Part shown: in pieces, positions 48,497 through 58,276 of the stretch
Position numbering within the stretch: the first letter of the stretch is position 1
Layout: every line of letters begins with the position of its first letter
Assembly: GCA_963717845.1 (NCBI GenBank)
Contig: CAVQXH010000001.1
Location: 1,264,942-1,328,941 of the forward strand
From: an uncultured Actinomycetes bacterium
Lineage (GTDB): Bacteria > Actinomycetota > Thermoleophilia > Gaiellales > JAICJC01
DNA length: 64,000 nt
Direction of reading: 5' to 3'
Notes under the pieces: generated by a model
The model's database searches: none
The model's input: the letters and a program-made list of their open reading frames with translations, nothing else
What the model was told of the DNA's origin: nothing
Position numbers and translations under genes: made by a program

Positions 48497-49905
48497 TCGC
48501 ACGCGCGTACGCGACGCTCGACAGCGCGTCGGGATCGCGCCGCCACGGGCTGGCCGTGGGCGCGAGCGTCGTCGTGCTGGTCGTCGTCACGGTGGCGATC
48601 GGGCTGCTGAAGTCGTTCGTGCCCGTGCTCAGCCTGGGCGTGCTCTACGTGTTCGCGGTGCTGCCCATCGCGGTCGCGTTCGGCCTGATCTACGCGGTGC
48701 TCGTCTCGATCGCGAGCATGCTCGCCTTCAACTGGTTCTTCCTGCCGCCGGTGCACACGTTCACGCTGTCTGACTCGCGCAACTGGTTTGCCCTGGCGGT
48801 GTACGTGGTCACGGCCGTCGTCGTCAGCGGCCTCGCCGCGAGCGCGCGCCGCCGGGCGACCGAGGCGGAGCAGCGCGAGGTCGAGACCGCCCTTCTGGCC
48901 GATGTGGCCGCCTCCCTGCTCGAGGGCGGCGACGTGGCCGCCGAGCTCGGGGCGATCAGCGAGCGCGTGGCGAGGATCCTGAAGGCACGGTCGGCGGCGA
49001 TCGTGCTCGGCGCCGAGCCGGGCCCGTCGCCGACGGCGGCGCCGATCGAGCTCGTGGCCGGCGCCCGCCGGGTCGGCACGCTCGAGCTGGTCGAGGGCGG
49101 CGAGCCGAACCTGGCCGCGCGCAGGCGGCTGCTGCCGGCGCTCGCCTCGCTCCTGGCGGTGGCGGTCGATCGCGAGCGGCTTGCGAACGAGGCGTTCGAG
49201 GCCGAGGCGCTGCGGCGGTCGGACACCATGAAGACCGCGGTGCTGCGGGCCGTCAGCCACGATCTGCGCTCTCCGCTCACGGCGATCCGGGCCGCGAGCG
49301 ACGGGCTCGAGGACGAGACGCTCGCGCTCACCGACGCCGATCGCCGCGAGCTGCTCGACACGATCAGCGTCGAGGTGCGCCGGCTCGAGGGCGTCGTCGA
49401 CAACCTGCTCGCCCTGTCCCGCCTGCAGGCCGGGGCGCTCGCACCGATGCCCGAGGTGTGGACGGTCGACGACCTGGTCTACGGGGCCCTGGCCGATGTC
49501 GGCAGGAGCACCGAGCGGGTGAACGTCTCGGTGCCGGCCGACACGCCGCCCGTGCTCGTCGACGCCGTGCAGGCGCGCCAGATCCTGAGCAACCTGATCG
49601 ACAACGCCCTCAAGTTCTCGCCGCCGGAGAGTCCGGTGAGCGTGCGCGTGACCAGGACGCGCAAGGAGGTGATCGTGCGCGTCGTCGACCAGGGCCGGGG
49701 CCTGCCCGAGAACGAGCTCGAGCACGTCTTCGAGCCGTTCTATCGCGGCGCTCCTGCGCAGGATCAGACCGGCACCGGCCTGGGCCTCGCCATCGCGCGC
49801 GGCTTCGCCGAGGCAAACGGCGGCCGCCTGTGGGCCGAGTCACGCCCGGGGCAGGGCGCCGGCTTCGCGCTCGCGCTGCCGCCCGCGGCCGAGGCCCCCG
49901 CGTGA
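48493..49905 (+). CDS. kdpD: KdpD C-terminal module: DUF4118-type TM region, GAF-like linker and HisKA-HATPase histidine kinase
   Basis: The start is a GTGA overlap. TM region: ..LSLGVLYVFAVLPIAVAFGL.. NWFFLPPVHTF. H-box: SHDLRSPLTAI. N/G boxes: NLIDNALKFSP, DQGRGLP, GTGLGLAIARG. Confidence 0.9.
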   Translation: MIARAYATLDSASGSRRHGLAVGASVVVLVVVTVAIGLLKSFVPVLSLGVLYVFAVLPIAVAFGLIYAVLVSIASMLAFNWFFLPPVHTFTLSDSRNWFALAVYVVTAVVVSGLAASARRRATEAEQREVETALLADVAASLLEGGDVAAELGAISERVARILKARSAAIVLGAEPGPSPTAAPIELVAGARRVGTLELVEGGEPNLAARRRLLPALASLLAVAVDRERLANEAFEAEALRRSDTMKTAVLRAVSHDLRSPLTAIRAASDGLEDETLALTDADRRELLDTISVEVRRLEGVVDNLLALSRLQAGALAPMPEVWTVDDLVYGALADVGRSTERVNVSVPADTPPVLVDAVQARQILSNLIDNALKFSPPESPVSVRVTRTRKEVIVRVVDQGRGLPENELEHVFEPFYRGAPAQDQTGTGLGLAIARGFAEANGGRLWAESRPGQGAGFALALPPAAEAPA

Positions 49906-50603
49906 GCACCGGCCTGATCCTGGTCGTCGACGACGAGCCCCAGATCCTGCGCGCCCTGACCACCAACCTGCGCGGCGCAGGCTACGAGGTCGTGCGCGCG
50001 GCCACCGCGGAAGAGGCGCTCGCGGCCGCCGCCACGCGGCCGCCCGACGCCGTGGTGCTCGACCTGGTGCTGCCCGACGGCTCCGGTGTGGACGTGTGCC
50101 GCGAGCTGCGGTCGTGGAGCCAGGTGCCCATCGTGATCCTGTCGGCGATCGGCGAGGAGAGCCAGAAGGTCGCCGCCCTCGACGCGGGCGCCGACGACTA
50201 CGTCACCAAGCCGTTCGGCATGGGCGAGCTCCTGGCCCGGCTGCGGGCGGCGATGCGCCGGGCGGCGCCGGCGGGCGGCGAGTCGATCGCCGTGGGCGGC
50301 CTCGTGGTCGACTTCGACCGCCACCAGGTGACCGTCGACGGCGTGCCCGTGCCGGTCACCCGGATCGAGTTCGACCTGCTGTCGCTCTTCGTGCGCAACG
50401 AGGGCAAGCTCCTCACCCATCGTACGATCCTGCGCGAGGTGTGGGGCCCGGCCTACCAGATCGAGTCGCACTATCTGCACGTCTACATCAGCAAGCTGCG
50501 GGGGAAGATCGAGCATGACCCGCGCCATCCGCAGTATCTGATCACCGAGCCGGGCGCCGGCTACCGGCTGACCCGCCCGGCGGCCGGCGGCGCGCCGGCG
50601 TGA
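49902..50603 (+). CDS. kdpE: OmpR-family response regulator KdpE
   Basis: The start is a GTGA overlap. The receiver domain is LVVDDEPQI...DLVLPDG.G and the winged-helix domain is THR.IL.EVWGP......HYLHVYIS.LR.K. Confidence 0.9.
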   Translation: MSTGLILVVDDEPQILRALTTNLRGAGYEVVRAATAEEALAAAATRPPDAVVLDLVLPDGSGVDVCRELRSWSQVPIVILSAIGEESQKVAALDAGADDYVTKPFGMGELLARLRAAMRRAAPAGGESIAVGGLVVDFDRHQVTVDGVPVPVTRIEFDLLSLFVRNEGKLLTHRTILREVWGPAYQIESHYLHVYISKLRGKIEHDPRHPQYLITEPGAGYRLTRPAAGGAPA

Positions 50604-50635
50604 CGTTCGCCGCGCGATCTGCGTAGAGTCGGGCG

Positions 50636-51139
50636 GTGCCCGACCTGCAGCGCCTGCGAGCCGACCATGCCGCGGCGGTCTTCGCCTTCGAGGTGGCGAA
50701 CCGGGCCTACTTCGCCGCGTCGATCTCCGACCGTGGCGACGAGTACTTCGAGCGGTTCAGCGAGCGCCACAGCGCGTTGCTGGCCGAGCAGGAGGCCGGC
50801 ATCGGCGCCTTCCATGTGCTCGTCGCCGAGGACGGCGCGGTGGTGGGCCGGTTCAACCTGGTCTTCGGCGAGGACGGTACGGCGGTGCTCGGGTACCGGG
50901 TCGCGCAGCACGTCGCCGGCCGCGGTGTGGCGACGGCGGCGGTGCGCGAGGTGTGCCGGCTCGCGCCCGCGCGGTACGGGCTGCGCACGCTCAGGGCGGC
51001 CACCTCACACGACAATGTCGCGTCCCGGAAGGTGCTGACGAACGCCGGGTTCGTCGCGGCCGGCCCGGCCGACCCGGCCGACCTCGGCGGCAAGCCCGGC
51101 ACCTGGTATCAGCGCGACCTCGTGCCGCCTGAGCCCTGA
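50636..51139 (+). CDS. GNAT acetyltransferase (RimJ/RimL-like)
   Basis: 167 aa, with ..LGYRVAQHVAGRGVATAAV....SHDNVASRKVLTNAGF. Confidence 0.8.
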   Translation: MPDLQRLRADHAAAVFAFEVANRAYFAASISDRGDEYFERFSERHSALLAEQEAGIGAFHVLVAEDGAVVGRFNLVFGEDGTAVLGYRVAQHVAGRGVATAAVREVCRLAPARYGLRTLRAATSHDNVASRKVLTNAGFVAAGPADPADLGGKPGTWYQRDLVPPEP

Positions 51140-51147
51140 CGCCGCGG

Positions 51148-52138
51148 TCACATCGTCGTGGCGATCCGCACCGCCACGTAGGCGACGTAGGAGCCGACGA
51201 TCGCCGCCCCCGCGAGCCTGCCGGCGCCGTTGCGCTTCCCCACGAGCACGAGCGTCGCGACGGTGACCGCGACCATCCAGAGGTAGTCGAGCCCGAATCC
51301 GGCGCCGCCGCGGGCGGCGCTGACGATGACCGCCGGCACGAGGATCCCCATCGACAGGTTGATCGTGTTCGAGTTGAGCGCCTCGCTGACCAGCGCCGCG
51401 CCGCGCCCCGCGAGGCCGAGCCGGATCGCCGTATAGGCATTGGGCAGGCTCGTCAGCGTGGCCAGCAGGAGGAGGCCGACGAGCGGCCGCGGCACGCCCC
51501 AGCGGCCGGCCACGAGCACCGCCGAGTAGACCATGCCGATGCTGCCGGCGATGATCACGACCAGGGCCGGCAGCTCGCGGACGAAGAGCGCCCACGACCT
51601 GCATGGCGCGCCCGGCGGGCGAGGGGGCGCCCGCGACGGCGGCCGAGGCCACCGCCGGGGCGGGCTCGCGGGGCGGCAGCGGGCCGTGGAAGGTCCCTCG
51701 CGCGAGCAGGATCAGGTAGGGAACGGCGCCCGCGGCGAAGACGCCGAGGGCGATCCACGGCTCGACGCCGGCGAAGAGCACGGCTGCGGTCACCGCCGTC
51801 GCAAAGAGCGCGAACGTCCCCTCCAGAGCAAGGGCGGGCCGCTCCAGCCGGACGCTCCCGGCGAGGAGCGCGCTCATGCCCACCATCGCCGCCAGGTTGA
51901 AGATGTTCGAGCCCAGGAGCACCCCGACACCGACCCCGCGCTCTCCGCGCAGCATCGCCGTCAGCCCCGACGAGAGCTCCGGCCCGTCGGCGGCGAGGGC
52001 GGTGAGCAGGCCGAGCACGGCCTCGTGGATCCCGAGCCGGGCACCGAGGCGGTCGAGCCTGCGTGCGAACAGCGCAGACGCGACCAATGTGGCCGCCAGG
52101 GACGCGAAGAACAGGATGAGCGCGACCGGCGTGGACAC
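51148..52138 (-). pseudogene. CaCA-family sodium/calcium exchanger (YrbG-like) with an apparent +1 frame break near 51589-51598
   Basis: The first half (MSTPVALILFF...GSNIFNLAAMVG...) is in the frame of ORF 51005..52138. The second half (WALFVRELPALVVIIAGSIGMVY...LTSLPNAYTAI..NSNTINL) is in the frame of ORF 51148..51558. GC3 switches in the central loop. Confidence 0.7.
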
Positions 52139-52296
52139 GGTCAGTGCGCGCCTCCGGGCGGTGAATGGGGGCGGCGCGGGATGGGCGGGGGGCGGTCCAT
52201 GGCGGTGGGCTCGCCGACCCGACTTCCCGGCACACCGCGGCCGACTCTAGCGGGTTCGAGGTATCCAGCGGCGGGGCTCGGGGTTACGATCTGAAG

Positions 52297-53613
52297 GTGA
52301 GCACGGCCTCGGCTCTACGCACGGACGCGGGCGGCGGCGTCCGCCGGCTCGGCTGGGGCCTGGGCGATCAGGCCCTCTCGAGCCTCACCAACTTCGCCCT
52401 CGCGATCCTGGTCGCGCGCACCGTGAGCACGTCGGCGCTCGGGGCGTTCGGGCTCGCGTTCACCACCTACACGATCACCCTCGGCGCCACCCGCGCGCTC
52501 TGCGCGGAGCCGCTCACCGTGCGCTACAGCGCCACCGGCGAGCGCGAGTGGCGGGAGGGCGCGGCGGCCGCGACCGGCGTGGCGCTGGTGCTCGGGGCGG
52601 TCGCCGGCGTGCTCTGCATCGGGGCGTCCTTCCTGTTCGGCGGCACGCTGCGGCCGTCGCTGATCGTGCTCGGCCTGAGCATGCCCGGACTGATCGTCCA
52701 GGACACCTGGCGCAGCGCCTTCTTCTGCCATCTGCGCGGGTCATACGCGTTCGCGAACGACCTCGCCTGGGCGATCGCCCAGGTCGTGCTGGTCGCGGCG
52801 GTGCTGGCCGTCGGCCTGCGCTCCTCGCCTGCGTTCATCCTCGCCTGGGCCGGCGCGGCCAACGTCGCGGCGGTGTTCGGGATCGTCCAGGCGGGGTTCC
52901 TGCCCCGGCCGCTGCGGGCGCGGCACTGGCTCTCGCGCCACCGCGATCTCGGCCCTCGCTACCTGATCGAGTTCGTCGCCCGCAACGCCGCCCAGTCGGG
53001 CGCGATGTATGCCACGGCCGGGTTCGCGGGCCTGTCTGCGGCCGGCGCCCTGCGCGGCGCCCAGGTCGCGCTCGGCCCGCTCAACATCCTGAACATGGGC
53101 GTGACGTCGCCGGCGATCGCGGAGTCGGTGCGGATCGCCCGCCGCTCGCCGCGGCGGATGCTGCGCGCCGTGACGATCCTCGCGGTCGCCCTCGTCGTCG
53201 TCTTCGTCCTCTGGGGCGTCGCCATGTACCTGCTGCCGGACTCGGCCGGCGAGGCGCTCCTGAAGCGCTCGTGGCTGCCCGCCCACCCGGTCATCCTGCC
53301 GTATACCGCCGTGATGGCGGCGTCCGGCATGCTCACGGCGGCCACCGTCGGCCTGCGGGCGATGGCCGCCGCCAAGCGCAGCATGCGCTCGCGCCTCGTC
53401 ACCGGCGTCCTGGCCGTCACCGGCGGTACGGTGGGCGCGGCCACCTTCGGCGCGGTCGGCGCGGCCCTCGGCCTCGCGGCAGGGCTCTGGATCGGCGGCA
53501 TCCAGTGGTGGCAGCAGCTGCACGCTGCGGTCGTCGAGGAGGAGGAGCGGCGCAGCATGGTCGCCGCGGCGCCGCTCGCCGTCTCCGGCACCGCCGACCG
53601 GGAGCACGTGTAA
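52297..53613 (+). CDS. Polysaccharide/oligosaccharide flippase-like membrane protein (Wzx/MOP-like)
   Basis: The GTG at 52297 gives about 12 TM segments. The N-terminal pattern GWGLGDQALSSLTNFALAILVAR is typical of polysaccharide biosynthesis membrane proteins. Confidence 0.65.
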   Translation: MSTASALRTDAGGGVRRLGWGLGDQALSSLTNFALAILVARTVSTSALGAFGLAFTTYTITLGATRALCAEPLTVRYSATGEREWREGAAAATGVALVLGAVAGVLCIGASFLFGGTLRPSLIVLGLSMPGLIVQDTWRSAFFCHLRGSYAFANDLAWAIAQVVLVAAVLAVGLRSSPAFILAWAGAANVAAVFGIVQAGFLPRPLRARHWLSRHRDLGPRYLIEFVARNAAQSGAMYATAGFAGLSAAGALRGAQVALGPLNILNMGVTSPAIAESVRIARRSPRRMLRAVTILAVALVVVFVLWGVAMYLLPDSAGEALLKRSWLPAHPVILPYTAVMAASGMLTAATVGLRAMAAAKRSMRSRLVTGVLAVTGGTVGAATFGAVGAALGLAAGLWIGGIQWWQQLHAAVVEEEERRSMVAAAPLAVSGTADREHV

Positions 53614-53641
53614 AAGTCCGGAAAGGTTGGGCGGGTAATGC

Positions 53642-53670
53642 TTGACAATGCGCCGTGCTCGCGGTGTACT
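53642..53670 (+). promoter_or_regulatory. Sigma70-like promoter TTGACA-17 nt-TGTACT upstream of the histidine phosphatase gene
   Basis: Read directly in a locally AT-richer gap. It is followed by a leader containing a 10-bp hairpin (53685-53717) and the RBS gagggag. Confidence 0.5.
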
Positions 53671-53744
53671 TGTGAACGATTGGTGTACCGCCGGACGCTG
53701 GGAGGCCCCGGCGGTGCAGGGCACGACCAGTGAGGGAGTAGTAC

Positions 53745-54440
53745 ATGCACGACGAAATGCACGCGGCCTCGGCCGCAGGTCGGCGGACATGTCGCGTTCA
53801 TCTCGTCCGGCATGGACAGACGATCATGAATGCGCAGGTCAGGTTTCGCGGCCGCCTCGAAGTTCCCCTGAACGAGGTCGGCCGGGCCGAGGCCCGCGAG
53901 GCGGCCCGGTCGCTCGTCGGCTCCGGCCTTGTCGCCGTGTACACGAGCCCGCTCGGGCGGGCGCGTGAGGTCGCCGAGGCGATCGCCGTCAAGAACGGCG
54001 TCGGCGCGGTGCGGGCGCAGCCCGGCCTCCTCAACCTGGACTACGGCGCGTGGGAGGGCCTGACGAAGGAGGAGTCCGCGCAGGTCGACCCCGAGGCGTG
54101 GGCTGCCTACGTGAACGATCCCGAGCGGGCGGTCTGCCCCGAGGGCGAGGCCGTCGCCGACGCGGCGGACCGTGTCGTCGAGGCGCTGCGCGCCATCGCC
54201 CGGGAGCACCCGGGCCAGAGCGTCGCGGCGGTGTCGCACGGCGTCATGCTGCGCCTGGCGGTGCTGCGCGTGGCCGGCGCATCCGACGACGACTGGCAGT
54301 TCGCGATGCCGACCGGCGGCGCGATCGTGTTCGAGATCGACGGCGACGAGATCACCCTCGTCTCTGAGGTCGACCGCAGCAAGTCGGATCCGCGCAAGGC
54401 GTCTGGCGCCCCGGCTACGCTGTCTGAACGCGCGGGTTGA
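53745..54440 (+). CDS. Histidine phosphatase family protein (phosphoglycerate-mutase-like)
   Basis: The catalytic RHG motif (VHLVRHGQT) is present, along with ..YTSPLGRA.E.A and VAAVSHGVMLR. Confidence 0.85.
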   Translation: MHDEMHAASAAGRRTCRVHLVRHGQTIMNAQVRFRGRLEVPLNEVGRAEAREAARSLVGSGLVAVYTSPLGRAREVAEAIAVKNGVGAVRAQPGLLNLDYGAWEGLTKEESAQVDPEAWAAYVNDPERAVCPEGEAVADAADRVVEALRAIAREHPGQSVAAVSHGVMLRLAVLRVAGASDDDWQFAMPTGGAIVFEIDGDEITLVSEVDRSKSDPRKASGAPATLSERAG

Positions 54441-55249
54441 TCTCAGCAGGGCGCGATCGGGCGCGGCTCGGTGTTCGCCGCGCGCGCTGGTCGGTGCGTA
54501 CCCGCGCGGCGGAGCACGCCGGCTACCTGCATGTGGCCCGGCGCATCTACGGCGACGGCGTCGTCTCTCCCGCCACGGAGCTTGTGATCGACGGGTTCAC
54601 CCGGTCGGCGTCGACGTTCGCCGTGGTCGCGTTCCAGCTGGCCCAGCCGGCGCCCGTGCGGGTCGGCCACCACATCCACGCCCCCAGTCAGATCATCGCG
54701 GCGGTCCGGCGCGACGTGCCCGTCCTGCTCACCGTGCGCCCGCCGGAGGACACGGTGCTCTCGCTCGTCGTCCGCGAGCCCTACGTGACCCTCGCCCAGG
54801 GCATCACCGCCTACGCGCGGTTCCACGCCAAGCTCAGCGACCACCTGGCCGGGATGGTGGTCGCCGACTTCGCCGAGGTGACGACGCATCTCGACCGCAG
54901 CATCGAGCGCGTGAACGCCCGCTTCGGCACCGCCTTCACGCCGTTTCGGCCCACGCCCGAGGGCACGGCCGAATGCTTCGAGCTGATCGAGATGCGCGCC
55001 CGGCGCCCGCCATGGCGGCCGGCCATCCGGGACTTCCTCTCGGGGGTCATCTCACGGGCCGAGCTCGAGCAGGCGGCCGCCGCCCACCCGGGAGGTCTCG
55101 CCGCCGTGCCGGAGCATCGCGCCCAGCGGCCGTCGGCCTACAAGGAGGCGCGCAAGGACGAGCTGCGCAGCGCCTACCACGCCCCGGCGCTCGCCCGCCT
55201 GCGGGAGCGGGCGGACGCGATCTACGCCCGATTCGCCGCCGCCTCCTGA
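54437..55249 (+). CDS. Hypothetical protein (possible sulfotransferase-like P-loop fold, weak)
   Basis: 270-aa ORF whose TTGA start overlaps the upstream stop. DGFTRSASTF resembles a 5'-PSB-type loop. No secure family call. Confidence 0.45.
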   Translation: MISAGRDRARLGVRRARWSVRTRAAEHAGYLHVARRIYGDGVVSPATELVIDGFTRSASTFAVVAFQLAQPAPVRVGHHIHAPSQIIAAVRRDVPVLLTVRPPEDTVLSLVVREPYVTLAQGITAYARFHAKLSDHLAGMVVADFAEVTTHLDRSIERVNARFGTAFTPFRPTPEGTAECFELIEMRARRPPWRPAIRDFLSGVISRAELEQAAAAHPGGLAAVPEHRAQRPSAYKEARKDELRSAYHAPALARLRERADAIYARFAAAS

Positions 55250-55302
55250 GCACCCGGCAGAAATTCCCAGCAGCCTGTTGGAGTCGCGTTGATCCGCAAG
55301 TC

Positions 55303-55330
55303 TTGACTTGACTCGTTCCGGGGTTATGTT
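55303..55330 (+). promoter_or_regulatory. Sigma70-like promoter TTGACT(TGACT)-16 nt-TATGTT upstream of the beta-propeller gene
   Basis: Read directly: 55303-55308 is TTGACT and 55325-55330 is TATGTT. The RBS gggggaga precedes the ATG at 55365. Confidence 0.5.
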
Positions 55331-55364
55331 GGAGTGCAGTCACACGAGGCTTGGGGGAGAATCG

Positions 55365-56523
55365 ATGCTGGGTCGAACGAGACGGTTGGGGTTTGCAGCT
55401 GCGGCGACGATGGTCGCCGGGCTGGGCACTGCGGGGGTGGCACAGGCGGTCATCGTGCAACCGCACCCGGTGCCGACCTGGCAGACGAATGGTCGCGTGA
55501 ATGCGATCGCCGTCTCCGGGACGACGGTGTATCTCGGGGGACAGTTCACGTCGATGCGCCCGGCCGGCGCAGCGGCGGGCACGGGTGAGGTGGCGCGCAA
55601 CCACGTCGCCGCAGTCAGCCTGACGACGGGCAACCTGCTGCCGTGGAACCCGAACGCAAACGGGACGGTGCGGGCGATCAAGGTCGCGGGAACGGCCGTG
55701 TATCTCGGCGGGGCGTTCACGCAGGTCGGCGGGGTCGGTCATCCGCGCATCGCCAAGGTCGCGGCCACCGGAGCCGGCGCACTCGTCGCGGGATGGAACG
55801 CCACCGCGAGCGGCGAGGTGTTCTCGATCGCCTCGGCCGGCGGCACGATCTACCTCGGCGGCGGCTTCGGCACCGTCGACGGCAGCGCCCGCCCCAACCT
55901 GGCCGCGGTCAAGGGGTCGGATGGAACGGTGCTGCCGTGGAACCCGGGCACCGACGGACAGGTGCGCTCGATCAAGTTCACCTCGGCCACGCGGCTCGTG
56001 GTCGGCGGGACGTTCACGCACCTCGCGGGCGCCGCGACGACGAACCTCGGCGCGGTCGACGCCGCCATCGGGCAGCTCGCTGCCGTGGCAGGGCCACATC
56101 ACCTACCCGGTGATCGGCCTCGCGAACGACGCGGCCGGCGTGTACGTGGCCGGTGCGGGCGGCGGTGGCAACTTCGCCGCGTTCAACCCGGCGACCGGCG
56201 CCCCGCTGTGGCAGGGCGGCACGAATGGGAACGTCCAGGCGATCGGCGTGGCGGGCGGCTTCGTCTACCTGGGTGGCCACTTCCAGACCTACTGCGGGCC
56301 GCAGCATGGCCAGCACACGTGCACGACCCCGATCAGCCGCGACAAGCTGCTCGCGGTCAACGAGACGACCGGCGCGCTGCAGGCGTGGAATCCGAGCGCG
56401 AACAGCGTCCTCGGCGTCTTCGCCCTTCAGGGCGTCGGCTCCAACAGCGACATGCTGGTCGGTGGCGACTTCACCAGCACCGGCCAGAAGAAGCAGCAGG
56501 GGTACGCGCAGTACACGCCGTGA
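55365..56523 (+). pseudogene. Secreted beta-propeller repeat protein with an apparent +1 frame break near 56073-56086
   Basis: The signal peptide is MLGRTRRLGFAAAATMVAGLGTAGVAQA. The repeats are V.AIAVSG.TVYLGG.F... The N-terminal 239 aa are in the frame of ORF 55308. The rest (LPWQGHITYPVIGL...VYLGGHF...) is in the frame of ORF 55921. Confidence 0.7.
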
Positions 56524-56550
56524 GCGGCACACCTGCCTGAGGCACCACCT

Positions 56551-56582
56551 CGAGGCCCTCGCACTCCGGTGCGGGGGCCTCG
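56551..56582 (+). terminator. GC-rich hairpin CGAGGCCC-tc-GCAC-tccg-GTGC-gg-GGGCCTCG 28 nt after the beta-propeller stop
   Basis: Read directly. It is followed by auucg, a weak U content. Confidence 0.5.
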
Positions 56583-56841
56583 ATTCGCGATGGGGCATTT
56601 CGGATCCCTGTGATGCGCTGGGCGGCGAGAACCGAGCCTCGCAAGGACGCAGGGAGCGGTCATAGTGGTGGAACTCTGGGCGCGACCGAGAACGTCGCGA
56701 GGCGACGGTTCGCAGCCGCAGCTCACCAACGCTCCGTCGGTCCAGCCCCCATTCATCGCGTCCAGGCGTGCAGGGATTCGAATTGCCCCATCCGGTTCCG
56801 GAAGGCATCTTCAAGCGCCACCGGGCCGGGCCGATTAAGCG

Positions 56842-58192
56842 GTGGACGAGCCGAGCCTGCACCCCATGCCCGAAGCTGACGCCCCCGACGAGCCGCAGCA
56901 TCCCCGCCCAACGCGGCGCGTCACGGTGCCCATCTCGTTCACCGGGGACATGGCCGGGTTCCTGTTCGACCTCCTGAGCGACATCGAGGCGATCGTGTGG
57001 GAGGCGGACGCCGACACGCTCGCGGTCGAGTTCGTGAACGACCGCGTGCTCGACCTGCTCGGCTACGAGCCGATGGATCTGATCGCGGTGCCGGACTTCT
57101 GGAGCGGGACCGTCGTGCACCCGGACGACCGCGAGCGGTACCTGGCGTCGAGCGCCGAGGTGCTCGCGGCGCGGGGTGTCGCGGGTGACCTATCGCGCGC
57201 TCTCGCGTGACCAGCGGGTCGTGTGGCTCTCGAGCGTCGCGCACCTCACCATCGACCAGGAGGGCCGGCGGCGCATCCGCGGGCTCGAGACCGACGTGAC
57301 CGCGATGAAGCGGGCCGAGGAGCAGGCGCGCGAGTCCGAGGAGCGGTTCCGGCTCCTGTCCGAGGCCTCGCGTGACTCGGTCATCGTCCACACCGGCGGC
57401 ACGATCGTCGAGGTGAACCAGGCCTTCTGCGACCAGTTCGGCTGGTCGGCGGACGAGGCGCTCGACCTGCGGCCCGAGGACTACATCGCCCCCGAGTCGA
57501 TCGCCGTGGCGCTGGCGCGTCTGGCCGACGGCACGACCGGCGCGTTCGAGCTCACAGGCGTGCACCGCAGCGGCGCCCGCCGCTGGTACGCCGCCCAGAG
57601 CCAGGAGACGCGCTACCACGGGGAGCTCGCCCGCGTCGTCGTCCTGACGGACATCACCGACCTGAAGGAGCGCGAGGAGCGCGCCCTCCACGACGCCAAC
57701 CACGATCAGCTGACAGGGCTGCCCAACCGGGCTGCGTTCGAGCGGCGGCTCGACGATGAGCTCAATCGGCGCGAGCCCGGCCACGTCCTGGGCATGCTCT
57801 TCTGCGACCTGAACGGCTTCAAGCGCGTGAACGACGACCACGGCCACGCCGCCGGCGACTCGCTGCTGCGGCTGGTCGCGCAGCGGCTCGGGAGCGTCGT
57901 GCGCACGAGCGACCCGGTGTTCCGGCTCGGCGGCGACGAGTTCGTGATCCTGCTCCCGCTCCTGCCCGAGGCCGACGCCGAGCGGGTGGTCGACGTGATG
58001 CGCCGCCGGCTCCTGACCGTCTTCGCCCCGTCGTTCTCCGTCGGCCCGGCGGCCGTCCACGTCGGCGTCGCCGTCGGCACCGCCATGTGCCCGCGCGACG
58101 GCGCCACCGCGGATGCGCTGGTCGGCCACGCCGACACGGCCATGTACGTGCACAAGCGCATGAGCAAGTCGAAGGGCGATCGGGCGGCGTAG
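56842..58192 (+). pseudogene. PAS-PAS-GGDEF diguanylate cyclase with an apparent +1 frame break near 57171-57180
   Basis: The first PAS is split: ..HPDDRERYLASSAEVLAAR is in the frame of ORF 56842, and VSRVTYRALSRDQRVVWLS... is in the frame of ORF 57176. The GGDEF domain is RLGGDEFVILL. Confidence 0.75.
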
Positions 58193-58276
58193 CCTGCTCG
58201 CATGCGCGGCCCGGTTGAGGCAGAATCGGTCGGCCGCCGACCGGCGGTGAAGTCCTCCGACCCGCAGGAGACCGCC

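Noticed and set aside
46932-49905. The three-gene KdpD as another sequencing frameshift artefact.
   Set aside because: The junctions are exact GTGA stop/start overlaps. The middle ORF is an extra domain absent from canonical KdpD. The frame changes run opposite to the twelve +1 breaks. It is reported as a probable true fission, but read-level checking is still advised.
56770-56800. A tRNA-like T-arm sequence GGGATTCGAATTGCCCC, considered as a possible tRNA gene or an att-site remnant.
   Set aside because: The flanks do not form a T-stem, and no acceptor stem or anticodon arm can be drawn. No integrase or other mobile-element gene is nearby.
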